Of a stretch of DNA of 64,000 nucleotides, positions 8,103 to 15,833 are shown piece after piece. The DNA is from a virus. Its lineage: Duplodnaviria > Caudoviricetes. The stretch covers positions 1 through 64,000 of the IMG/VR virus record IMGVR_UViG_3300030330_004405. The stretch is one strand, 5' to 3'. The first letter of the stretch is position 1. Each line of letters opens with the position of its first letter. Both the position numbers and the translations under genes were made by a program. Under the pieces are notes generated by a model. It was not told the origin of the DNA, did no database searches, and saw only the letters and a program-made list of their open reading frames with translations.

Positions 8103-10106
8103 ATGGCAGATAACAAGAAGAACAAAGGCAGAAACCCACTGAATCAACAGAACGACCTGTTCAAAGCGTTGACTAGGTTGTTTTCAGGACCAATTGTAAA
8201 TTACCGCTCACAGACCGGTACTAAAATACGAAGACAGCACTTAGACAAGTTTTCCTCCAGATTTAGAACTGCGTCTGGACAACAGTTCAAGAAGTCGCAA
8301 TACAGCCCTCTCGACAATCTTGCCCTTAACGCAATGCAAAACCAGCGCCGTGTTGAGCGTTACATTGACTTTGATCAAATGGAGTATATGCCCGAGATTG
8401 CTTCAGCACTAGACATCTATGCTGACGAGATGACGACTTATTCTGATTTACGTCCAATGTTAAATATTAAATGTTCTAACGAAGAAATCAAAGCGGTGCT
8501 TTCCAACTTGTACTCAAAGGTACTGAATGTAGAGTACAATCTTTTTGGCTGGGCACGAACAATGTGCAAGTATGGCGACTTTTTCCTGTATCTGGATATG
8601 GACGACAAGTTTGGAGTACAGTCAGTTATTTCTCTGCCAATCACCGAAGTTGAAAGACTTGAAGGTCAAGACTCCACTAATCCCAACTACATCCAATATC
8701 AATGGAACTCTGCTGGTATGACATTTGAAAACTGGCAGGTGGCTCACTTTAGGGTGCTTGGAAACGATAAGCATTCTCCATATGGCACATCTATCTTGGA
8801 CCCTGCACGCCGTATCTTTAGACAACTCACGCTTGTTGAGGATGCGATGATGGCTTACCGAGTTATTCGTTCGTCCGAGAGAAGACTGTTTAAGATTGAT
8901 GTTGGCGGTATTCCACCAAACGATATTGAACAATACATGGAGAAGATTGTCAGCAACCTTAAGCGACACTCTGTCATTGATCAAAAGACCGGTCGTGTTG
9001 ACATGCGCTACAACCCAATGAGCATCGAGGAAGATTACTTTATTCCTGTGCGTCCGGGTTCTGCTACCGATGTTACAAACCTCGCCGGTGGACAAAACAC
9101 CGCTGCCGTCGAAGATGTCAAGTATCTTCGCGATAAGTTATTCGCAGCACTGAAGATACCGCAGCCTTATTTATCTATGGGCGAAGGCGCTGCAGAGGAT
9201 AAGACTACGCTTGCCCAGAAAGACATTCGCTTTGCGAGAACAATCCAAAGATTACAGCGAGTTATCATCCATGAGCTTGAAAAAATTGGTATCATCCACC
9301 TTTATACCCTTGGCTTCCGCGGCGACGATTTAATTAACTTTAAGCTTGCCCTTAACAACCCATCCAAGATTGCTGAGATGCAAGAGATTGAGTTCTGGAA
9401 AGCCAAGTTCGACATCGCCGCATCAGCTACCGAAGGATACTTCTCTAGACGCTGGGTTACTGAGCACATCTTTGGTATGTCGAACGAAGAGTTCGTCAGA
9501 AACCAGAGAGAAATTTACTATGATCGTAAATATGATGCCTCGCTCCAACAGGTTGCAGAAGCAGCCGCCACAGGAGAAACTGCTGGCGCCCTTGGTGGTG
9601 ATGTTGGTGGTGATCTTGGTGGTGATTTAGGCGACGATTTGGCGCTGGATGATGTTGGTGTCGATGCTGCCGGCGGCGCTGAAGAGATGCCTGCTGGAGA
9701 TGCCGACGCTGGCGGTGGAGATGACTCACCGCTTCTTGCTGTACCTCCCGGCTCACGCGACTCAAAGAGACTGAGTACGTATGAAAAAAGTTCCTATGTT
9801 AGGAAAGACGGTACTAATGATGGACGCAAATCATCAGGTCCGAGACAACGCAACATTGGTGCGCAATACAATGCAGAGAAGCGCGGCAGCTCGACCAGAT
9901 CGAAGTTTCAAGGTGCCAGCGGATTAGCAACGTCAACAGTTCCTAGCATTGCAAAAGGTATTTATGAGCAAGACGAATCTACTTATAATTTGAAAGAGTC
10001 TATCGAAGAACAAAAGATCTTTGAAGTCAACGATTCACTAAACCACCTAATCAGCAGTTTAGAGGATAAACAAAAATTAATTACGGAGCAAAATGATGAA
10101 AACTAA
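8103..10106 (+). CDS. Portal protein (T4 gp20-like)
   Basis: EDAMMAYR, ERR.FKIDVG, EDYFIP.R, ALKIP motifs; follows terminase. Confidence 0.93.
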   Translation: MADNKKNKGRNPLNQQNDLFKALTRLFSGPIVNYRSQTGTKIRRQHLDKFSSRFRTASGQQFKKSQYSPLDNLALNAMQNQRRVERYIDFDQMEYMPEIASALDIYADEMTTYSDLRPMLNIKCSNEEIKAVLSNLYSKVLNVEYNLFGWARTMCKYGDFFLYLDMDDKFGVQSVISLPITEVERLEGQDSTNPNYIQYQWNSAGMTFENWQVAHFRVLGNDKHSPYGTSILDPARRIFRQLTLVEDAMMAYRVIRSSERRLFKIDVGGIPPNDIEQYMEKIVSNLKRHSVIDQKTGRVDMRYNPMSIEEDYFIPVRPGSATDVTNLAGGQNTAAVEDVKYLRDKLFAALKIPQPYLSMGEGAAEDKTTLAQKDIRFARTIQRLQRVIIHELEKIGIIHLYTLGFRGDDLINFKLALNNPSKIAEMQEIEFWKAKFDIAASATEGYFSRRWVTEHIFGMSNEEFVRNQREIYYDRKYDASLQQVAEAAATGETAGALGGDVGGDLGGDLGDDLALDDVGVDAAGGAEEMPAGDADAGGGDDSPLLAVPPGSRDSKRLSTYEKSSYVRKDGTNDGRKSSGPRQRNIGAQYNAEKRGSSTRSKFQGASGLATSTVPSIAKGIYEQDESTYNLKESIEEQKIFEVNDSLNHLISSLEDKQKLITEQNDEN

Positions 10107-10926
10107 GTACAACAAAAAGAGGAACACCGCGTTTGTTTATGAAGCGTTGGTTAGAGAAGGCACCTCTGCTATTTTACAGGGTGACCACGAAAGAAAGAAC
10201 ACTGTTGTAAAATTAATTAAAAAGCATTTTGCTTCTGATTCAATCCTGTACAAAGACCTACAATGCTATCAGTCTCTTTACGAAACCGCTGGTTTGGAGA
10301 AAGAAACTTGTGAGAAGATTATTAGAGAGGCTAAACTTGCTAGCCGTCTTTTAGATGCTGAAGGTCTATTCGTAAGCCAAACAGATCTAATAAACGATGT
10401 CAATAAAGAACTTGAGCCCTCTGTATTTAATAACTTTGTTCCAAATTACAAGTCCCTGGCAAACATCTACAAGATGTTCTCACACAGCACCGACCCTAAA
10501 AGCGCCGTAATTCTTGAAGGCATGGTTTTGGAAGACATGTGTGAAGCAGCCCAAGAGGAAACCGCAATTGCAGTAGATTCAATAGTGGTTGATTCTTTTG
10601 TCGAGAAGTTCAATAACAAATATGGTGACACGCTTCTTGAAGAGCAAAAGACATTATTAAACTTATACATCAGCTCTTTTGTTGACAATTGTTTAGAACT
10701 GAAGATGTTTTTAAACGAAGAGGTATCGAGACTTAAGAAAGAGTTGAACGAATCTAAATTAAGAGAGGATATCTCATCTGACGAGCAAATGTTAGAAAAA
10801 ACAGATTTAATCTTAGATAAATTAGAAACACTTAAAGAAGGTCACGCTGACCATGGTATGTTGCTCACGCTTCTAAAGGTTCAGCAATTAGTTGGGGAAA
10901 TTAACGAAGATGCCAGTAGTAATTAG
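10093..10926 (+). CDS. Hypothetical protein in head cluster
   Basis: 277 aa helical ORF overlapping the portal stop. Confidence 0.75.
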   Translation: MMKTKYNKKRNTAFVYEALVREGTSAILQGDHERKNTVVKLIKKHFASDSILYKDLQCYQSLYETAGLEKETCEKIIREAKLASRLLDAEGLFVSQTDLINDVNKELEPSVFNNFVPNYKSLANIYKMFSHSTDPKSAVILEGMVLEDMCEAAQEETAIAVDSIVVDSFVEKFNNKYGDTLLEEQKTLLNLYISSFVDNCLELKMFLNEEVSRLKKELNESKLREDISSDEQMLEKTDLILDKLETLKEGHADHGMLLTLLKVQQLVGEINEDASSN

Positions 10927-11449
10927 AATAGGTAAAGAAGCCAACGCAAAGAAGGTTAGGCTTGAATTAAACGCACGTCAATCTCTTAACGGTGACGTTA
11001 TGATTTTTGATCACGGCGATATTGATATTGTGCTGTCGCCTAAAACAAACAAAGTGGTTGCGTTTCCAAAACAAACTATGTCCGACCTTGTTTATGGAGC
11101 ACAAAACAGGCTTATGTCCGAGTTAGTCAAGAAGGGTATTCTTGTACCAGAGAGCATCCAAGCCGGCGCATATTTTGGCGCACTTGAAGCTACTATCCAA
11201 GAATCAGCCAATCCGGACATAAATGGTCCGAAACTGGCATTAATTAATATCTCGCAGTTTATTGAAGAAGAACGACCATACTTCGAGAACAAGGAGGCTA
11301 TCATCTCTATGCAAGACGATGAACTTATCCACCCAGATAAGGAAGACTCCACAGAATTGGGAGAAGTCCCACAATCCACTGAGAAGGGTTCAATGAAGAG
11401 ACAATTTGTCAGAGACCCATACTCGCTTAATTACATATACACAGTTTAA
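10910..11449 (+). CDS. Hypothetical protein
   Basis: Start reassigned to ATG 10910. Confidence 0.7.
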   Translation: MPVVIRIGKEANAKKVRLELNARQSLNGDVMIFDHGDIDIVLSPKTNKVVAFPKQTMSDLVYGAQNRLMSELVKKGILVPESIQAGAYFGALEATIQESANPDINGPKLALINISQFIEEERPYFENKEAIISMQDDELIHPDKEDSTELGEVPQSTEKGSMKRQFVRDPYSLNYIYTV

Positions 11450-11459
11450 CGAGAGGATA

Positions 11460-11768
11460 ATGGAATTACTTACTTTTATTTTGTGCGCCTATGGGCTAAC
11501 ACAAATACTCGTATATGGTAAAATACTAGACGACTTTAGACCAACCAAGGGACACTTGGGAGAATTGTTTAAATGTCCAATGTGCATGGGTTTTCATGTA
11601 GGTTGGTTTTTAATGCTACTTTCTCCGTTCACGGAACTATTTAATTTTGACGTTAGTGTAGCTAACTTTTTTATTTTAGGTTGGTTGTCGTCAGGAACCT
11701 CATACGTTTTTAATATGATATTTGGAGATGAAGGAATTAAACATGAACACAAACACTTGGATGAATAA
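11460..11768 (+). CDS. Small membrane protein with CPMC motif (DUF1360-like)
   Basis: SD GAGG; hydrophobic helices; LFKCPMCMGF. Confidence 0.6.
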   Translation: MELLTFILCAYGLTQILVYGKILDDFRPTKGHLGELFKCPMCMGFHVGWFLMLLSPFTELFNFDVSVANFFILGWLSSGTSYVFNMIFGDEGIKHEHKHLDE

Positions 11769-11811
11769 ATGGATGCTGCAACCAGTAAGACGCTGCTGTA
11801 AGGGATCTTAG
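11743..11811 (+). CDS. Putative 22-aa peptide MNTNTWMNKWMLQPVRRCCKGS
   Basis: Translated by hand; SD-like AAGGA upstream; stop is 2 nt before the GTG of the next gene. Confidence 0.4.
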   Translation: MNTNTWMNKWMLQPVRRCCKGS

Positions 11812-11813
11812 CT

Positions 11814-12521
11814 GTGCAAATTACCGAAAAAGAGCTAATACAGATTATCAGTGAAGAGATTGATAAGATGGTTGAGAATAATGAGATTGACGAGGGAGTG
11901 CTTGATAGATTAAAAGCACAAGCTGCCGGCGCTACTGCGACTCTTAATCCTTTTGCTGACGAGGGAGATGCTGCGCTTAAAAAGGCAGCGTCAGTGATGA
12001 ATTCCTATAGTAATCACTTACTCAAATTACAACAAAAATTAGATATGGATGCACAAAAACTCGGCATTGACGGTGCCGAAGAGTTGCAACAAGTTTCAAA
12101 TGCCATCAAACAAATTCAACAGAAAGTACAACAAGTGGCTAAAGGTGCACCGACAAGCGAAAAAATGAAAGCAGCAATTCAGCAAAAGTTTGCTGCACAG
12201 CAAGCCGAGGCTGGTGGACAAGACCAACAAGCAACTCAGCCTGCCGCTGCGCCTGCACCCGCCGCTCAACCTGCTAGCGGTCAACGCCAACCCTCGCAGT
12301 CGCCTCGTAATGTAAGAAGACGGGCTCGCCGTGCTGCAGAGACTCCAGATCAAAGAGATGCTAGGTTAGCTAGACGTCGACAACGAGATGCTGCTCGCCG
12401 TGCTGCACAACGCCAAGCTGCTCAAACAAGCGCCCCGGCTAACGAAAGCAAAATAAATGATGGCGAGACCTTAAACGAACAATTACAAAAAATTTCAGAA
12501 AGATGGAGGTTTGGTAAATAA
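11814..12521 (+). CDS. Putative internal head protein with Arg-rich tract
   Basis: MQITEKELIQIISEEI leader; RRRARRAAETPDQRDARLARRRQR tract. Confidence 0.7.
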   Translation: MQITEKELIQIISEEIDKMVENNEIDEGVLDRLKAQAAGATATLNPFADEGDAALKKAASVMNSYSNHLLKLQQKLDMDAQKLGIDGAEELQQVSNAIKQIQQKVQQVAKGAPTSEKMKAAIQQKFAAQQAEAGGQDQQATQPAAAPAPAAQPASGQRQPSQSPRNVRRRARRAAETPDQRDARLARRRQRDAARRAAQRQAAQTSAPANESKINDGETLNEQLQKISERWRFGK

Positions 12522-13129
12522 TGTCAATGAAATTACTTAGAGAATATTATGCGCTGTGTGATGGAGGCGTCTGTCAAGATCTCCTTACCGAAGAAGAAAA
12601 GCGTTATGTAGCCGATGGTGGCATGATCCTTTCCGGCATTATGCAAATGACCGAAACTAAAAATGGTAATGGTCGCGAGTATCAACACGAAACTATGGTT
12701 CGCGAAGTCAAGAATTATCAAAAGCTTGTTAAAGAACGCCGCGCCCTTGGAGAACTAGATCACCCAGACGATTCTGTAATCAATCTTAAAAATGCATCTC
12801 ACATGGTTACCGAAATCTGGATGGAAGGCAAAAATGTTATGGGCAAAATTAAAGTCCTCGACACTCCATCTGGAAAAATCCTCAAAGAATTGGTAAACGG
12901 AGGTGTCACGGTGGGCGTCTCATCCAGAGGAATGGGCTCTGTCCGAGAAGAAGCAGGCAGAACAATAGTGGAAGACGACTTCCAGTTGATTTGCTTTGAC
13001 ATGGTTTCCGAGCCATCAACGCCCGGTGCGTTTATGATGCGAGAAGCAAAAGAATTTAACAATAATGTATTCACAAAAGCCGATAAAATCAACCGGCTTT
13101 TAAATGAGGTTTTAAGTGAAGAAGACTGA
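12521..13129 (+). CDS. Prohead protease (T4 gp21-like)
   Basis: NGNGR.Y, ALGELDHP, SH, GVSSRGMGS, D.V.EPS. Confidence 0.95.
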   Translation: MSMKLLREYYALCDGGVCQDLLTEEEKRYVADGGMILSGIMQMTETKNGNGREYQHETMVREVKNYQKLVKERRALGELDHPDDSVINLKNASHMVTEIWMEGKNVMGKIKVLDTPSGKILKELVNGGVTVGVSSRGMGSVREEAGRTIVEDDFQLICFDMVSEPSTPGAFMMREAKEFNNNVFTKADKINRLLNEVLSEED

Positions 13130-13514
13130 TTTAAAAAAATTAATTAAGCCGCTTGTAAAAGAGTGCATTCATGAAGTCCTTTTAGAAGAAGGGCTTTTAT
13201 CTAATGTAGTGTCCGAGGTTGCTAAAGGGTTAAACACTGCTCCTGTTATCAAGGAGCAGGTTGCTCAAGCGCCAACACCAAAGCCGCGCAAGCGAGATTA
13301 CAGTGGCGACAGAAGAAAATTAATGGACGCAATCGGCAACGATGCGTACAATGGTGTTGACTTATTTGAAGGCACCACGCCTGCACCAGCACAACAAGAG
13401 CAAAGTGCCGGTAGCGTAGACTTAGGTGACCCTGATGATGCTGGTGTCGATATTGGCTCCATCCTTGGGCACTCTTCCAAAATCTGGGAATCAATGAACA
13501 AGGGGAAACGATGA
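13116..13514 (+). CDS. Hypothetical head-cluster protein with leader variant MKKTDLKKLIK
   Basis: Leader variant; LLEE and IKE sites. Confidence 0.7.
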   Translation: MKKTDLKKLIKPLVKECIHEVLLEEGLLSNVVSEVAKGLNTAPVIKEQVAQAPTPKPRKRDYSGDRRKLMDAIGNDAYNGVDLFEGTTPAPAQQEQSAGSVDLGDPDDAGVDIGSILGHSSKIWESMNKGKR

Positions 13515-13759
13515 GCAGAAAAGCAGCAAACGTCAAGGTTACTTCAAGAGAGTGCCGCGGCAATCAGGAAAGAATGATTCGACGGTTTATTAAAAAATGC
13601 AAAAAAGAAAAGATTGTTGAACAAGTAAGAGATAGAAGATATTATAAAAAGCCGTCTGATAAAAAGCGTGAAGAGCTTAAGAAAGCAGAAAGACGCAGAA
13701 TTAGAGACGAGTTAAAAAGACAAAGAGCGTTAGAAAAACGTACGAGAAAAAATAGATGA
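13511..13759 (+). CDS. rpsU: Ribosomal protein bS21
   Basis: ERMIRRFIKKCKKEKIVEQVRDRRYYKKPSDKKR matches the S21 pattern (R.F.K.......E...R..Y.KPS); basic, 82 aa. Confidence 0.85.
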   Translation: MSRKAANVKVTSRECRGNQERMIRRFIKKCKKEKIVEQVRDRRYYKKPSDKKREELKKAERRRIRDELKRQRALEKRTRKNR

Positions 13760-13766
13760 CTATTTA
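13759..13766 (+). promoter_or_regulatory. Putative late promoter ACTATTTA
   Basis: At the bS21 stop, 30 nt before 13797. Confidence 0.65.
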
Positions 13767-13796
13767 TTATTGTAAACACGAAAAGAGGGAGAAATA

Positions 13797-14237
13797 ATGT
13801 CCGTTTATAAAGCAACAAGTTGGGGTCGCACAAGACGCCCAAAAGGTTTAAAATCTTTAAGTGTGCCCGACTCTAAAGAAACAGCCACCACGGTAACAAG
13901 CACAACAGCGTCCGCCGATCTCATGGCTGACTTAGATAGTGTTGAATATCCTCAGCTTAATGGATATGTTACAGAAAATCAAAGATACTTACATATTCTT
14001 GTTAAGCACGGCTCAGGTCAAAAGTCAGTCAAAGTGTATGGTTACAATTACAATTTTGGTGAGTGGGCGGCAATTATGGTGCATGACGGCGACGGAACCT
14101 ATTCTGAAATGACAGCTACGGCAGGCACCAGTGGTGAAGCACGACAGTACATATTTGATATTTCTGGTATTGATAGAGTGGCTTTTGTTAGCGCTGACGC
14201 ACCTTCCGCTATCAAAGCAGCGTGTAGCACTTTCTAA
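13797..14237 (+). CDS. Hypothetical virion protein
   Basis: Late motif and SD upstream; beta-rich composition. Confidence 0.65.
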   Translation: MSVYKATSWGRTRRPKGLKSLSVPDSKETATTVTSTTASADLMADLDSVEYPQLNGYVTENQRYLHILVKHGSGQKSVKVYGYNYNFGEWAAIMVHDGDGTYSEMTATAGTSGEARQYIFDISGIDRVAFVSADAPSAIKAACSTF

Positions 14238-14248
14238 GGAGTTTTTGA

Positions 14249-14953
14249 ATGTCATTTGGGTGGGCATATGTAGATTGTAGCGGTAGCGGCGGTGGCGGTG
14301 GTCAAGCCGCTGGTCCAGTTGGTTCTATTCAGTTTGTAACTGGCACTAACGCTACTAGTGGTTCGTCTAAGTTACTTTACCACACGACCTCTCTTGGGAC
14401 CTATCAACCCAGCACGATGGTGCTTTCTGGTAACCTAATTGTTACAGGTGCTATTAGCGCTAGTGTGTTCCAATATAAGAACATTCAAATTATAGACGCC
14501 ACCGGGTCAACCAGTTTTGGTAATACAAATGACGACACCCATACCAGAATTGGTAGTTTGATTGTTAAAAAAGCCGGCGCTAGCGGTGTTAAAGTTTTAA
14601 GCGCCAGTATGGCGACAGAAGCGGTGCACGTTAGAGGACTTAATGTTTTATACGAATTTGTTCCTGCTACATCCAGCACCACTGCAATTTATACTGCCAG
14701 TGTTCCGAGTTATATCATTGGTGTTCGTTCAACTGGAAGCGTCAAGATTGAAATTCCTGCTGCATCCACGTATGGCTCAGGAGCGCTACTGCTTGTTAAA
14801 GATGAAGTTGGTCACTTAAATGGAACAGATATCAGATTAAGTGCATCGGCCGCCGGCACATACACGATTGACGGAGCCACTAATTATATTCTAACAGGGT
14901 CAAATCCAGCAATTAGTCTATATTCTAATGGAGCCAACTGGTTTGTCTTCTAA
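14249..14953 (+). CDS. Fibre/decoration-like virion protein
   Basis: G/S/T-rich; C-terminal KDE..TIDG..SNG.NW domain shared with neighbours. Confidence 0.7.
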   Translation: MSFGWAYVDCSGSGGGGGQAAGPVGSIQFVTGTNATSGSSKLLYHTTSLGTYQPSTMVLSGNLIVTGAISASVFQYKNIQIIDATGSTSFGNTNDDTHTRIGSLIVKKAGASGVKVLSASMATEAVHVRGLNVLYEFVPATSSTTAIYTASVPSYIIGVRSTGSVKIEIPAASTYGSGALLLVKDEVGHLNGTDIRLSASAAGTYTIDGATNYILTGSNPAISLYSNGANWFVF

Positions 14954-14956
14954 TTA
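14949..14956 (+). promoter_or_regulatory. Putative late promoter TCTAATTA
   Basis: At gene junction before 14974. Confidence 0.5.
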
Positions 14957-14973
14957 ATAAGGGAGACTAGCAA

Positions 14974-15711
14974 ATGGCATACAACAACTTATCAGGCACA
15001 GTTCTTCTTCCTAGTCTTTTAACGTCGCGCCTAACGCTTCCGACCGGCTCGATCCTATCGGGCAATCTCAGCACATCTGATGGCGCAGAAGTTATTAACG
15101 TTCCACGTGTTTCAAACGCCACCAATAATTCTATTCTTACTAATGTGGGTGGAGATGCCAATACATTAACCTGTGAGAGCAACTTAAAGTTTGATGGTAC
15201 CACGTTAAGTGTTGTCGGAGATGTTAGTGCTAGTATAAATATTTCTGCTTCTGCGTTTTATGGAGACGGAAGCAAACTTACAAACATTAGTTTTGACAAC
15301 ATCACAGCGGCAGGACCAGCTTTTTCTGTTCAGCTTCATGACGGCGCAGATGGAGATATCACAGGTTCATCTAACCTTACATTCCAAAACAATATCTTAA
15401 GATTGGATGGTGGTCTCAAACTATCTCGACGAACATTAAACGCAACTGCAACCGCTTCTGTCACAGATTATTTTGTGGGAATTGACACCACAAATAACCC
15501 CGTTGATTTTAGATTGCCTAATGCAGCGTCTCTTTTAAGTGGGCAAACTTTCATAATTAAAGACGAAGGTGGTGTTGCACACACCAATAATATAACAATT
15601 TTAGCTTCTGGATCGCAAACAATTGACGGTCAAAATTCAATAGTTTTGGAGTCCCCTTTTGCATCTGTCCAGCTTTATTGTAACGGGACAAACAAATACT
15701 TTATTTACTAG
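14974..15711 (+). CDS. Fibre/decoration-like virion protein (MAYN family)
   Basis: MAYN start; shared C-terminal domain. Confidence 0.7.
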   Translation: MAYNNLSGTVLLPSLLTSRLTLPTGSILSGNLSTSDGAEVINVPRVSNATNNSILTNVGGDANTLTCESNLKFDGTTLSVVGDVSASINISASAFYGDGSKLTNISFDNITAAGPAFSVQLHDGADGDITGSSNLTFQNNILRLDGGLKLSRRTLNATATASVTDYFVGIDTTNNPVDFRLPNAASLLSGQTFIIKDEGGVAHTNNITILASGSQTIDGQNSIVLESPFASVQLYCNGTNKYFIY

Positions 15712-15732
15712 TTTTTATTTGGCGATTTTGAG

Positions 15733-15740
15733 CCTATTTA
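15733..15740 (+). promoter_or_regulatory. Putative late promoter CCTATTTA
   Basis: Intergenic before 15834. Confidence 0.55.
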
Positions 15741-15833
15741 TAGACGAACAGGTGTTTCATATCTAGATTAAATCTGGATAGGTGTACCTCGTTCATCCCA
15801 TTATAAAACTAATAATTTGGAGGGTTTTTAAAT

